Below are positions 1 through 13,691 of a stretch of 64,000 bases of DNA, in pieces; within the stretch, counting starts at the first letter, position 1; each line of letters begins with the position of its first letter. Below the pieces are notes generated by a model, which saw nothing but the letters and a program-made list of their open reading frames with translations, was not told the DNA's origin and searched no databases. This DNA comes from Squalus acanthias. Its lineage: Eukaryota. The translations under genes and the position numbers were made by a program. The stretch is taken from the NCBI GenBank assembly GCA_030390025.1, contig CM059448.1:17174001-17238000 (forward strand), read 5' to 3'.

Positions 1-209
1 CACTGGCGTTTAGAGTATGGGGCACAAACCCCACTTGCCAGGCCTCTGTTGATGCTGAATTGTGTGTGGGAACCAAAGCGACACAAAAGGGGGGGCAGTC
101 TGATTCACCCACTGATTTGTGGTTTTCTTCTCTTCCTTCCCTGTAGAGGAACATTTTGTGCTCTGTTTCCCGCGCGCCCCCACCACCCCCATCCTCTTCC
201 CCCTCACAT

Positions 210-385
210 CCTAAGAACATAAGAATTAGGAGCAGGCGTAGGCCATACGGCCCCTTGAGCCTGCTCCGCCATTCAATAAGATCATGGCTGATCTTCTACC
301 TCAAGTACACTTTCCCGCCCGATCCCCATATTCCTTGATTCCCTGAGAGTCCAACAATCTATCGATCTCAGCCTTGAATATACTC
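210..385 (-). mobile_element. CR1/HER1 3' tail fragment
   Basis: Reverse complement of the same 3'UTR as 4700-4836. Confidence 0.75.
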
Positions 386-939
386 CATCTGTAACAATTA
401 TGGTCACAATACTGCGCTACCATGCAGTAGCAGTGTCTCCACAGTGAACCCATATTGTGCATTACAGGGACAGGGATTTTTCTGCCATTTAACCCCGTCG
501 GTGTAGAATGTTATTTTGGCAGCTTTAATCTAGACCTGGCTTTTCACCAAACACAGACACGTGTCTGTCCATTTCTAACACCATCTCTCATCTGTGTAGA
601 GAATGTTGAGAACTGTGGAACTTTGCCTGTGATCATAGCTTGGCCTGAAAGAACTAACTAGAAAATTGCCATTAACAATCGTGCTTTAAATCTTATGAAC
701 TAAATTATCTGCATGGTTCCCAAGACGCACAAAGGTTCTTGGAAAAGGAAAACCAAACATGTCACCCCTTTCCACCCCACCCCCACAACCCGAACACAGA
801 ACTGAGAGTGAGTTCTTATTTATTCAGAGGTCCAGACTATATGTATTTTTTTTTTAAATGCGGAGATGCTGTGACTTTAATTTATGCCTTGAATAATTGC
901 ATGGTTAATTAGCCTGTAAATGGGTTTTGCTCATTACAG

Positions 940-1052
940 AGGTGGCGTACTGGAGCCAGAGGGGACAGTGGAGATCAAATTCCGGAAGAAAGACTTGGTG
1001 AAAACGATGCGCCGGGTGGACCCCGTGTACACGAGCCTGGCCGAGCGTTTGG
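940..1052 (+). CDS. ACACA: ACACA internal coding exon (carboxyltransferase domain), (R)[37 protein letters not shown](G)
   Basis: Translation closely matches vertebrate ACC1. Acceptor cattacag|A and donor G|gtacgt; phase fits the next exon. Confidence 0.95.
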
Positions 1053-2087
1053 GTACGTGCAGTTTAATTTCTATCCGCTGCCCCCCGAAGTTTCATATGG
1101 ATTAATGCTTGAACCTGTGGAGAGCCTGAACACGGATGGCTGGTCTCGTATTTAAATGCATTCCTGCGATTCATTAATACACTGTAGCTTTTATTTATTT
1201 ATTATTTTAAATCAGCTTTCTCACAGTTTAATTTGATTACAGCCTGGAGGTGACAGGCCTCGGGCACAACTTGAGGAGCTCATTTGTGAGATTGTGATCT
1301 GTATGATCTACCGTCATGGTTACCAAATCTAAATTAACAGGCAATTAATTTTTTTTATTTTTTTTTTTTTACTCCCCAATTAATTTACTTTGCTTCACCT
1401 CTTTAGAGCATTCCATGCCTTTATAGCACCATTGGCCGGGCCAAGAGGTTAGAAGGGTGACTCTCCCAGATGTCTGGCAAATGCAGCTGTTGAATTCTAG
1501 TAGATGTGCGAGTGAGTCCCGAAGTCCTGATTCTTCTTCTCCCTTTTCATGTGAAAGTTTCCGGCCTCCACTCGCTGCTTCCTCCGACAACAGGTTCAAG
1601 ATCAGGTGCTCCCCTGAAGTCTCAGCCAGTGAGTCGTTGAGCCATGTCGATCAGGAAGGTCCCAAGTTTGAGCCCCCAAGTTTCTCCTATATTAGCACAT
1701 CTTCACCAGGACGGCACTGAGTGTGCTACAATTAGCCTCAACATCCCTGGGCTATGGAAGGGATAATGGGTCATGGTTCACAGTAAGGATCATTATCCTG
1801 TGCATGTGTGTGGCTATTGCGTGTGGATTGGACGCCACTCCCCCTCGCAGTAGGTTAGCTTGTTGACATGCACTGTCGAGGCTCACGCACGAGTGATGCA
1901 TACTCTGGGAAGGAACTCGAGGGGGCAACCAGTGCCATGGAATTGTATTCCAGGGAGGAATTAGTGAGAAGAAAATGAGGAGCTCTCTGTATAGGACTCA
2001 TTCCTACCATTTTGTGGCTAATACTGTATAACCAAACCTGCAATGGTTGTCATTAGGTGAGGATGCTTCAGCACACAGCCAACTGTT

Positions 2088-2275
2088 AGATACATAGATA
2101 CACAGAAGATAGGAGCAGGAGTAGGCCATCCGGCCCTTCGAGCCTGCTCCGCCATTTAATGAGATCATGGCTGATCCTCCAATTCAGTATCCCGTCCCCG
2201 CCTTCTCTCCGTAACCCTTAACCCCTTTTGCCTGTAGAAATATATCTAATTCCCTCTTAAATATATTTAATGAGC
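2088..2275 (-). mobile_element. CR1/HER1 3' tail fragment
   Basis: ataggagcaggagtaggccat...gatcatggctgatc motif shared with the other CR1 tails. Confidence 0.75.
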
Positions 2276-4035
2276 TGGTTAAACAGGTGGGAGTTTTGTA
2301 AATTTATGGTCTCAATTCTCTACGTGGAATTCGTCGTACTGTCTGGGTGAGCCTATTATTGGAGACTAAAAAATCAAAATGCTTGCGTTTTTATAGCTCC
2401 TTGTCCTATCAAAAGGTCTCCGATCTCTTCATGTAAGGAATTATTTTAACAATGTTGGTGGTATTGGTAGAGGGAGGAATATTACCCAAGGCACTAGAAG
2501 AGCTCCCTGATTTTCGAATAGTGCCATAGGATCTTTAACCTGAACCACCAGATGGGGACCCCATATTAACATCTCATCTGAAAGATAGCACCTCTGACAA
2601 TGCAGCACTCCCTCTGTGCAATGTTGGACTGCCAGCCTAGATTGTACATTCAAGTCCTGGAGTAGGACTTGAACCCACAACCTCCTGACCCCGAGGGGTG
2701 AGCACCATCAACTGAGCCCCTGCTGATGCACAACTTCCTCACATGTTTGGATGTAGGAAAATTGCTAGTGGGCCATTTTTGCGTGTCCCTTAGTGACCTG
2801 TTCGAAAATGGCACTGGGAGCAATTTATTCACATGCAGTTACTTTGGAAACATTGCAAGAGAACCAAATTGAATTGGTATAAAAAAGGGGGTAATCATTT
2901 TAATTTCTACATAAAAGTATGTGGAATGTTAATAGTTTAAGCTCTAAAATCACCCGATAATTGTTTTTAAATGTGGAATCTCCTAGTAAAGTACTTTTAT
3001 GAAATCCTATCCTATAGGAAATCCAACAAGGGGTTACATTTTAAAACATGATTAAAGAAGCTCTTGGCACGACGCGGTGGTGAACTGATGGGGTTGTTGT
3101 TTTTCTGTTTATTTATTTTGAACACATAGCAAAAGGAAAATGCTTCAAAAAATGATAGCTGTCCTTTCAAACCACAGTTTGAGCTTTACGTAAGCAAAAG
3201 AGCTTGTCACTCTGAACAACTTGTATCTGAAGAGCCGTAAAAGCATTAGCTGTTGATAAAGACCTCAGTTGGATGAGTCATAATTGCGCTCAACAAAGAA
3301 TTTGATTGTTAAAAACCCGGCCTAATGGAGGGAGAGCAGCTATTGCAGCCCTGCAGAAGCCCTCTCGCACAAAGAGTTGCATAATTTTGCTTTTATGGCT
3401 AATTTAAGATTTTTTTAAACTCCTGGTTATTCTGGATCACTGGCCTTTGATGTTTACCTCACTCCATTTGGCACAAACAAGCAGTTAGGCCGAGGTTCCT
3501 GCTGACTCCAGCAGAAGCTGTGTCGGCTCCATTTGTCTTTCACCACACATTTCAGGCTTACTGATTATTGAAGAGAATTTCAGAGCCATTTAACCCCTTG
3601 AAAGACTGAGTGAAACGGTGTCTGTTGCAGATCATCTTGCAGAACTTGGTACCAACATAGAGATGATCAGGGATACACACTGCATGGTAGGCAAAAGGAC
3701 AAGAACTTGGTCCCACTCGGGACCAAGGTAAATAATTCACTGGCTCAGGATTTCAAAGCCAGCTGCTCCAGCAAAGCTCAGTTTGGCATGGTTCTCCCAC
3801 ATTTCATTTAAGCAACACCATTAAAAACGGATTAACTGGCCATTTGTCTCATTTGATGCGGTGACCTCTTGTTGTGTCCAAATGTTTGCCTACAATAACA
3901 ATAGTGGCCACGCTTCATTGGATGTGAAACATGAGGAGATCCACGATCTTTCTTCTAGTTTGCATCAGCCTGGGATTTTTAATCTGGTTTTTCGCCTCTC
4001 CCAGGAAATCACGTGGTTTTGGGTGGGGTGGAGAG

Positions 4036-4145
4036 CAATGTTCCCGTTAATTTTTTGGGGGGCGCGGGGCTGTGCGGCCCATTCAAAATGCTATGCACGC
4101 GCGGTTTGGAGAGCTGCATGTCTGCGCAGCTTCAAGGGAACATTG
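4036..4145. mobile_element. hAT-type MITE
   Basis: TIR caatgttccc/gggaacattg; perfect 8-bp TSD gtggagag (4028-4035 and 4146-4153). Confidence 0.85.
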
Positions 4146-4173
4146 GTGGAGAGTATATATGGTGATACACAAG

Positions 4174-4836
4174 CCATTAGGAGGACAAATGGTATGCTGG
4201 CCTTCATTACAAGAGGATTTGAGTAAAGGAGTGAAGAAGTCTTGCTCCAATTATATAGGGCCTTGGCGAGACCACACCTGGAGTACTGTGTACAATTTTG
4301 GTCTCCTTACCTAAGGAAGGATATACTTGCCATAGAGGGAGTGCAACGAAAGTTCACGAGATTGATTCCTGGGATGGCGGGACTGTCGTATGAGAAGAGA
4401 TTGAGTAAACTGGGCCTGTATTCTCTTGAATTCAGAAGAATGAGAGGGGATCTCATTGAAGCATACAAAATTATTACAGGGCTTGATAGGGTGGATGCTG
4501 GGAGAATGTTTCCCTTGGCTGGGGAGTCTAGAACCAGGGGCCACAGCCTCGGGATAAAGGGTAGGCTATTCAGGACTGAGATGAGAAGACATTTCTTCAC
4601 ACAGAGGGTGGTGAATCTTTGGAATTCTCTACCCCAGAGGGCTGTGGAGGCTCAGTCACTGGGTATATTCAAAACAGAAGTCGATAAATTTCTGACTAGT
4701 AAAGGCATCAAGGGATATGGCGATAGGGCCGGTGAATGGAGTTGAGGCAGAAGATCAGCCATGATCTCATTGAATAGCGGAGCAGGCTCGAAGGACCGAA
4801 TGGCCTACTCCTGCTCCTATTATGTTATGTTCTTAT
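4174..4836 (+). mobile_element. CR1/HER1-type LINE 3' fragment
   Basis: ORF 4242-4745 (LYRALARPHLEYCVQFWSP...RRMRGDLIEAYKI...FFTQRVVNLWNSLP) is the CR1 RT C-terminus; (TATGT)n-like tail. Confidence 0.92.
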
Positions 4837-6559
4837 GTATTGCAATTGTGTGGGACAGGCTCGATGGACCTTACCTGTCCGTCATTGTTCGTATGTTGGT
4901 ATTTGGGCCGAGATTTGGAGTTAGCTTTCCCTATTTACAAATGGTATTTCCACTCATTCCCTTGAGCAAAGCCTGCTTTTTTCAGCAACTTCAATAATTC
5001 TTGTTTATATTAGTGGGAATTCCAGTGGCTCCATGCCTATCTTCCTCTGGCAACCCCACCAGCTCAGGCTACTATGGGGGCCTAGAGCCAGAGGTCCTTT
5101 CGTTTACTGCCAATAAGTTTAATAAAGATAGTTAATTAAAATGGAGTGTTCCAATTGGCTGGCCAGCGGGCATCAATTCTCAGGAGTGTCCCACACTCTT
5201 TGAAAGCAATTTGAATATTTGAACAGTACTCCATGCATTCTTCAGGGAGCATTTTAGTCTGAGCCAACTACTAATGACTTTAGTATGGGAATGCTAGAAT
5301 GGAGGACCTCAACCTGGTGATGAAAACACTGAGCTCTTCAGCTTTCTATCCTCTCTGGTGCAAGTCCGGAAGTTCCTATACCATAGCCATGAAAAACCCA
5401 AGCTGCAGGAAGGAAAATATTTTGTGTGAACCTGGTTTGGGGTCAAGCTAGAATAGAAGTCCTTGGTCCACCCTGCTAAGTATTTGTCTCTCTTTGGTTT
5501 GTTGGTCGGGTCGTTGAAAGGAAAAGGTAACTCTTCTGTCACCGAGAGGTGGTTGTTCACTAAGTTGCCGCATGTTAAATTAAAATTGGGGTTTACACCT
5601 GATTGCATGCAGTGCATAGCAGAGTCATATAGGCCAGGGTTCTCAGCCGAGTTAGCTGATGTCAGCTGGAGCGACACTGGAGACACTATGATTGACCGTG
5701 GCGTCCCTTGGCCGGTGAGGGGACAATCGGCCAAGGCTCCCACTCCTGATCACGATATTGTAACGTCCCTGGTTGAACATGCTCCTCGCACATGATGAAT
5801 GTCCACTTGGGTGAGGTACCAAAGAGCAAGTGGCTTAAGGAGGGGAGAGAAACTGACTGAACAAGGAAGAACAAAATATTTTTTTTTTTAGATTTAGTGA
5901 AGTCTTCCTTCTGAGGGTCCCTCAGTGGAGTTTGGAGGCATGGGGAACTGTCTTAAAGGGACACTGTCTCCAAGGAAAAAACATTTTTGTTTGGGGAAGA
6001 GAGAAGAGCAGTATATCATTTTCATTACTGGAACATCAAGTGTGAGTGAGGTAGTGATGCATTTTAACATCATTTACCTCATTGTGTTAAATTTCCAAAC
6101 AGAGAGAGAATTTGTCAAAACACTTCAAGTGACTAGGTCCCTTTAAAATTTGTACCCAGAGAGGTCTAAAGGCCCTTCTATGCTTTTTTTTGTTGTTGTT
6201 TTGTTCTGGTCTTGGCAGAGCAACCTTTGTGCATCGTCCTCTTTCGTTTAAATTTATCGTCGGGTGCCAACCCGTGTAGGCCTGCTGAGCTCCACTGCAA
6301 CACGGAGACCTGACCCTAAGAAGGCTGCAGCCACGTGGGACCGCTACCCACATCTCCCTTGCACGACGAAAGGCATTTGGTAGATTTGTAGACACATCAT
6401 TGTACGGGCCTGCAGGTCAGGCTGTGTAAATTTAGGATTCAGCCAACGGAGAGAAAATTATATGTCTGCAGTCAGCTATCCTATTGTAATGTAAAAGTAC
6501 ATTTCTATCTCAATAAAAGTTGCCCCTTCCTCACTTGGGACGAGGTTGGGGGGGCGGGC

Positions 6560-6664
6560 GGGTTCATTTTGACTTTGAACAGGCGATTTCTGATCGACTG
6601 CCCGTTATACATCTCCCGATTTTTATTGCCATTGACTTCCCTCGTCCAAAGTCAAAATTACCCC
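6560..6664. mobile_element. Short Harbinger-like MITE
   Basis: gggttcattttgactttgaac / gtccaaagtcaaaattacccc inverted arms. Confidence 0.6.
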
Positions 6665-8539
6665 CTAGCTGTTTTAATCCTTTACTCACGTTTTGGACCA
6701 TTTCTGCAGCTCAATTTTTCTCATTTACCCTTGTGTTGCACACCAACGTCTTTTTACAATATATTTGATTGCTCTTTTCATCTCTGTTTCTATTTCTTGA
6801 TTTGTTTTTGTTGTTAATAGTGTTATAACCCATAAGGTCTGGTCAGAATGATACAAGTTAATATTAATTTTATAATCCTGTTTAATTGGATAGCATGAAA
6901 ATGTGCAGTCATATAGTTCAGATATGACATATATGCCATTTTGTTATTAGGATTATTTCCATGTTAATATTTATTTAGACAGATAAAAGTTTTAGCAAAA
7001 CCCTATATATTTGAAAATAAATGTACGAATACATTTTAGCAGAAAAATGGAAAGTCCTGTCGACTTGACCTTTAACCCTTTGGAAAGCATTCACAAGGGA
7101 AATTTAGCAGTCTCCGAAGGAGCTAGGATCAATCAATGGCTGATTATGTTCTCATTCTGTGCTGGATTGATCTTTTACTGAACTGATGATAACAGGCCTT
7201 TGACTGCTTCAAGAGGCAACCCGAGATGAGCTTTGACAGGATTGGTTGTGACAGGGATCAATCTGAAACCTGCTAAGTGGTGTGAAAGGCAGGCACCCCA
7301 AAGATCTGAGAAAGTTACTGAGATTCATTGGGATGCACTTGTGATGGTGAGTTTGCTCTTTCCAAAGAAGCCTTTTTTGTTTTTCTCGAACTGTAACAGA
7401 GAACCAATATCAGAATTCAGCGGGACAACCGAGAAATCAGCAGATGCGGCCCTTGAACATTTGCAGTCAGTTGGAAACAAGAGAATGATTTCTTTATGTG
7501 GTAATGAGGGTGGCAAAAAAGAAAGTGGTAAGGCAGATCAATACAAGAATGACAGATTAGAACAGACACTTCATTTAAGACAAAAAAAATACAGAAAACC
7601 ACTCCCGTTTAATATGGTACCTTATCAGAATTTGCATCAAATTTTCTACTGCTTTTCAAAATTGCATTTGTGAAGTATTTTATGTGTCATAAAAGAAAAA
7701 TATTGATTGAAAAGACATGCCTGTCACATGAGAGACAGCCATGCAGCAGACTATTTCAAAACACAGCCTTCCTAACGGATGTCACGATTACCTAGTCAAG
7801 TGTACCTGCCTCCGTTTGAGACTGGTATAAATGCCACAGTAGCATATTGAGCATTATCCCTATGAAAGCTCACTCCTTTGTCAGATGCTTCATGCTGGTA
7901 TGGAATCAATATGGGCTAAAAAGGGTGGCCTAGTCAGACACCTGAGCTGTCTCCAGGCAACCGGGGATAGCAACATAACACTGGACATTTGCTTGCTTCT
8001 CTACACTGACATGGTCGGAGAGTAAATGTTGTGGTGCCTGAACTTACGGGAGGGGAGGAGGGGTATCTTCGACTTCCATCCGAAGCGGGGGCAAAGTCAG
8101 TACAGCGGCGATGCCACCTGCCCGTTCTTGTAGGCCTGAGTCCTGAGCCATTTTGAGGACCGGCTGCCCCGGTGCAGCTTGCCATTACTGGAAGGGTAGG
8201 GAATTGGCCAGCTCCCACACTGAGCCGGCCTACAGTGCCTGGGAAAGAAGTGTAGGCGGTGGGCCTCAGATGGGCCAACAGCGACCCGAGTGGCTCCTTC
8301 ACACCTCACAAAACAAAAAGTTTCCTAGGCCATTTTGGAGCGGCCTCCTTACGGTCCCCTTAAGGACCGCTGGTTAGGCTGCTCACTGCCTGGTGCAAAT
8401 GTGCATTGACGTACACTCTGCCCATTTGTACCTGAAAATTGCAATTAGTATCTGACAACTGGCGTAGGACTCTGATTTATGTATTTAAGCAGCATTCCCC
8501 CTGTTTAAAGCAGGCAAATTGCATCAGACAGGCCTTGAT

Positions 8540-8965
8540 GGGCAACACGGTGGCATAGTGGTTAGCACTGGTGCCTCACAGCGCCAGGGACCCGGGTTCG
8601 AATCTGGCCTCGGGTGACTGTCTGTGTGGAGTTTGTACATTCTCCCCGTGTCTGCGTGGGTTTCCTCCGGGTGCTCCGGTTTCCTCCCACAGTCCAAAAA
8701 TGTGCGGGTTAGGTTGATTTGGCTATGATAAATTGACCCTTAGTGTTAGGGGGGGATTAAATATGTGGGGTTACAGGGATAGGATGGGATATGTTAGGGG
8801 GAATTAAATACGTGGGGTTACGGGGGTAGGGTGGGATATGTGTACTGTGGGGATTAAAGCAGGGACAGGGTACTGGATTTGGATGATCAGCCATGATCGT
8901 ATTGAATGGTGGAGCAGGCTCGACGGGCCGAATGGCCTACTCCTGCTCCTAGTTTCTATGTTTCT
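8540..8965 (+). mobile_element. HE1-type V-SINE (tRNA head, V domain, CR1/HER1 tail)
   Basis: A/B boxes TGGCATAGTGG and GGTTCGAATC; V domain GTGTCTGCGTGGGTTTCCTCCGGGTGCTCCGGTTTCCTCCCAC; tail shared with CR1. Confidence 0.9.
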
Positions 8966-9544
8966 ATTGACCGTCAATGGGGTGGCTGACATGCCTAGTT
9001 TTCCCTCCTATTCCTCTCTAATTTTCAATTGCCGACCGCCTGTTTTTCCGAGAAACGAGCAGCCAGCAGTTGAAAATCACCCCGCAGAGTTTAGTGGAGA
9101 GTCCAAGATTTACCCCAGTGAGTACGAAGCACCATAAAATGAGCTGCTTCTCAGTATCTAGAAAAGCAGTTGATCCTCTTGAAACCAGGCTGCAGTCTAA
9201 TACATGTACACAGTAGGGAGCCTCCTGATAGCACAGTGCAAACCCCCTCCACCTTGTTACATCTGTACCTGCCCTGGCCCTATGTTCAACCATATCTTCT
9301 CTTCCCCCACCCCTGACAATTTATTCAGTCTGCTTTGCATCCACTATTCTTTGTGCAACTTGTGAAGCGTTTTGTGACCTTTTTCCTGTCCGAGGAGCCG
9401 TATAGAAATGTAAGTAGTTGTTAAACCAAACTCACGGCTTCTATTGCTGACATTTGATGCTATCCACTATGATGGGACTAAACGACAGTGAAGCCTCCTT
9501 TAGCCACCAGAGTTTTTGCAGAATAAAGCCTTGCACAAGACATC

Positions 9545-9725
9545 GGGGCTGAAATTGGTCTTCGGCGATGGTGTGAAACGAGTGATAGTGAATCGGCAGC
9601 CCGTTTTACACCCGTCCCCTTTTTCTTCTCCATTGAAGTCAATCGAAAGTCAGGCTCGATGTAGAACAGGCTGCTGATTCGCTGTTGTTCCTTTCATACT
9701 ATCGCTGAAGGCCAATTTCATCCCC
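9545..9725. mobile_element. Palindromic Harbinger-like MITE
   Basis: ~68-bp imperfect arms (ggggctgaaattggtcttcggcgat / atcgctgaaggccaatttcatcccc) around ccattgaagtcaat. Confidence 0.75.
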
Positions 9726-11609
9726 ATTATGTTTATTGCGCAGATTCTTCAGTTACTTGTGTTTCATTCCTTTTCTTCTTGAATATAACTACATAATATT
9801 TATTTTGTTATTTCTATTGTATTTGTCTTCATTCTCATTATAAGGTATTACTGTACCATTTGTAGGGACATTTCTGGGTTTCTTTTCCCTTTTTACTTTA
9901 GATCATCTTGAGTTTGCGTTTGGCTGCTCTAATTAGTGCGACCTAGCTCCCCATGTCCCAGAAAGTGTTTTCCCTCACCCTAATATCTGTAAAAATTCAT
10001 AACCTGTCTAGGAAAGGAACAGAGAACCCTTTGCAGACTATTTATTTTATCCAGTGCTTTTACCAGATCCTCATCATTTTTGGAAGGCAACAGAATAACA
10101 CTATGCAAGACTTTAACTGCCAAACAAATTTATTAAGAAGTATCAAAGCAAATAAATAGTACCAGTAACATAACATTTTTTATAGTAGTTCTTGAGAATT
10201 GCCATCTCCTCATGCAGTAAAAAAAATACACTAGAACTCCTGTGATAAACTAAGATTTTCCTTGCATCTTTTTCACGCCATCTACAGAAGCTATCTAGCT
10301 TGACTGATCCTTTTAAGAGGTTCCAGACAAACTCACTTTGAAGGCTACATACAGATTCTCTTCGAAGACTCCAGATTACTCACCCAATTTGAAAAATACA
10401 GGCTGGTATATACTTCGATTTTGGGACCAAGCAAAATGTAAATAACTGCCTGTGAAATTTTAAAAGATCTGCCAATTGAACACATTTACACAAATCACAC
10501 ACAATGGCTGCATTTAAATTGAACAGGGTGGACCTTTCCAATCCCCACCCGTCTTCAGACAAACCAACTACTGGTTGCAACAAAGTATCAAGTTCAGTTG
10601 GGGAGGGGGGGCAGATTTGGACGCCATTGCGTCCTTTTTCCAGGTGGAAAACGGGGGCAAAAAGAAGGGATTTTATGGTGCTATGTCATGTGCCTCAAGA
10701 ACGGCTTAAAGATGTCCGAACCCCATATTGGGTCAGGCGGTTATTCTGGCATCCTTGGCGGGCACCTAAAATAGGCATTTGGCCCCTTTCATATGCTAAT
10801 AAGGGGCCTAACGCCAGTTTTAGGGCCCATTTCTGGAAATTCGCCTGCCCTGTGTGGAGCAAGCACTCGTGATTATCCACCAATTTCCATTGTCCACCGG
10901 GGGTGTCCCTACATTATGGCGAGCAGTGGAGGTTCCTCTGTGCCATATGTTGTGATAGTGGGAGATACAAACCAGATTTGTAAAACTTGTCAATATTAGA
11001 TGTGACAAAGTAACCTTGAGCAGATTGTATGTATCACAAAATATAGCTGTTGGCTTGTGCAGTTGAAGCTGTAGGGTAATCTTGAAGTGCCAACGATTTT
11101 TAGACATCTGTTTGTTTAAGAATTTTGGTAGACCTTTCAAAATCTCATCGGGTTTTTCGAAGCAGACACCGACAGCATCAGCATCAAACTCAGAATAGCA
11201 CCTAGCTGGAAACCCGAGGTGTTTTTCCCCATTGAAAACCCTAAATAGCCAGGAGCACTCAACGACACAAACTCAAGCCCCTTGTTATAGATGTTCAAAT
11301 GCTCTGAGCTTTAAATGAAAGAACTTGCATTTAGACAGCACCTTTCACATTCTTGGGATGTCCCAAAGTGCCTCACAGCCAATTAATTACTTTTGAAGTA
11401 TAGTCATTGTTGTAATGTAGGCAAACATGGCAGCCAATCTGTTCACAGCAACCTCTCACAAATAGCAATGAGAGAAATGGTGAGGTAACTATTTTTGGGG
11501 ATTTGGTTGAGAATAACCAACTCAAAAGCTCTTTTTCAAATAGTACCATGGGATTTTGACATCCACCTGAATAGGCAGACAGGGCCTCAGTTTAACATTT
11601 CATCTGAAA

Positions 11610-12050
11610 GCTATGAGGAAAAATTGGATAGGTTTGGGGTTGTTTTCTTTGGAACAGAGGAGGCCGAGAGGAGATTTAATTGAGTTGCATAAAATTATGA
11701 GGGGCCTAGATAGAGTGGATAGGAAGGACTTATTTCCCTTAGCAGAGAGGTCAATAACCAGGTGGCATAGTTTTAAAGTAATGGGTAGAAGGATTAGAGG
11801 GGAGTTGAGAGAAATGTTTTCACCCAGAGGGTGGTGGGGGTCTGGAACTCACTGCCTGAAAGGGTAGTAGAGGCAGAAACCCTCATCACATTTAAGAAGT
11901 ACTTGGATATGCACTTGAAGTGCCGTAACCTACAAGGCTACGGACCAAGAGCTGGAAAGTGGGATTAGGCTAGATAGCTCTTTTTGGGCCAGCATAGACA
12001 CAATGGGCCAAATGGCCGCCTTTTGCGCCGTAAATTTATATGATTCTATG
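11610..12050 (+). mobile_element. CR1 LINE 3' fragment nested in a Deu-SINE
   Basis: LFSLEQRRPRGDLIELHKIMRGLDRVDRKDLFPL. It splits a minus-strand Deu-SINE at about 11320-11609 and 12051-12160. Confidence 0.85.
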
Positions 12051-12184
12051 AAAGACTTCAGTCTAGATTATGTGTTCAAGTCTCTGGGGTTGGGATTGGG
12101 CTTGAACCCACAACCTTCTGACTCAGACGAGGGTGCTACCACTGAGCTAAGGATGACACTGTGAAACAGTGACGTACACACAGG

Positions 12185-12189
<5 letters not shown>

Positions 12190-12239
<50 letters not shown>
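12190..12239. repeat. (CT)n microsatellite, ~25 units
   Basis: Read directly from the sequence. Confidence 0.97.
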
Positions 12240-12242
<3 letters not shown>

Positions 12243-13254
12243 GTTGCATTTATATTGGGTTTACTGGGATGCTAGAGCCACTAACTCTTGATTGCAATCC
12301 TGCTGGGTTTGCTAAAGCCAGATGCAGGGCAGACCTAGTTTTTTAAAAAGTTGCCAGGTCCTCCCAGTGATTGATCTTAGCAATTGCAGCAAGCTTAGTC
12401 TGGGGTTGTTGCCACCTGCACAATACTCATATTGCGACCCTAGCAGCCCACTAACCCCAATAGAAACCGAGCTTTTTCACCTGTCTGATACTAGCTTCCT
12501 TTGCCTTCCTGTATTAAGATACTATTCCTGTTTTTCAAAAAAATAAATTCAATCCAGTTCCCAGTGGGCATAAAAAAAAAACTGCCTCTGAATCATCACT
12601 AATTTTCACTGGTTAGGCAATCTTTCTCAGAAAATGCACAGACTAATTGATGTGGGTAATGGGAGAATTTGCACTGGTGCAGTAGGGGTGCTCTTCTGAG
12701 GTTGGTGCTGAGACACATTTGGGCAGAGTAGAGGGAGCTTTACTCTGCATCTTAACTGTGCTGACACTGGGTGCTTTAAATGGGGATGTGCTCAATCTTC
12801 GATCATCTGCCAACCTGATGAGGACAAAATCTTCACCGGGGAGAGAAAAGCAAGGATTTTTGAAGATGCATGAATAGCGTAGGCTGCAAACGGGCAAATG
12901 TGTCACCTGAAATGCAAATTGATTGAAGCTATTCAAATCCAGATAAATCTCAGTTGATCCGATGAAACCCAGTAAGGATTGGGAACTGACTTTGGAAACT
13001 ATTCCCAAGCAGAACCCTCACTGTTTTCCACATCGCTGAAATAATCGGAGGTTAGGATTTATCAAGAAATCTGAACTTCATTATTATAAATCAGAACAAG
13101 TGTAAACAAATTTGCCTCAGGTACATCTCATGCAGGTGCTGATTGAGACCCATTCAGGCACATTGGCAGTATAATTGACAGTAAACTCTTTTTGGCCTCT
13201 GTCTTTTGTGGGATCAGCGTCACTCTTTGCAATCTAACCTTATTGCCTTAGTCA

Positions 13255-13691
13255 TAGAAAACATAGAAACATAGAATCTAGGAGCAGGAGTAGGCCATTC
13301 GGCCCGTCGAGCCTGCTCCACCATTCAATACGATCATGGCTGATCATCCAAATCCAGTACCCTGTCCCTGCTTTAATCCCCACAGTACACATATCCCACC
13401 CGACCCCCGTAACCCCACGTATTTAATTCCCCCTAACATATCCCATCCTATCCCCATAACCCCACATATTTAATCCCCCCCTAACACTAAGGGTCAATTT
13501 ATCATAGCCAAATCAACCTAACCCACACATTTTTGGACTGTGGGAGGAAACCGGAGCACCCGGAGGAAACCCACGCAGACACGGGGAGAATGTGCAAACT
13601 CCACACAGACAGTCACCCGAGGTCAGATTCGAACCCGGGTCTCTGGCGCTGTGAGACACCAGTGCTAACCACTATGCCACCGTGTTGCCCA
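13255..13691 (-). mobile_element. HE1-type V-SINE
   Basis: Near-identical reverse complement of 8540-8965; flanking tagtca direct repeat. Confidence 0.9.

Noticed and set aside
8540-8615. tRNA gene
   Set aside because: It is the tRNA-derived head of a V-SINE and continues into the V domain and LINE tail; the same applies to the heads at 51112 and 29315.
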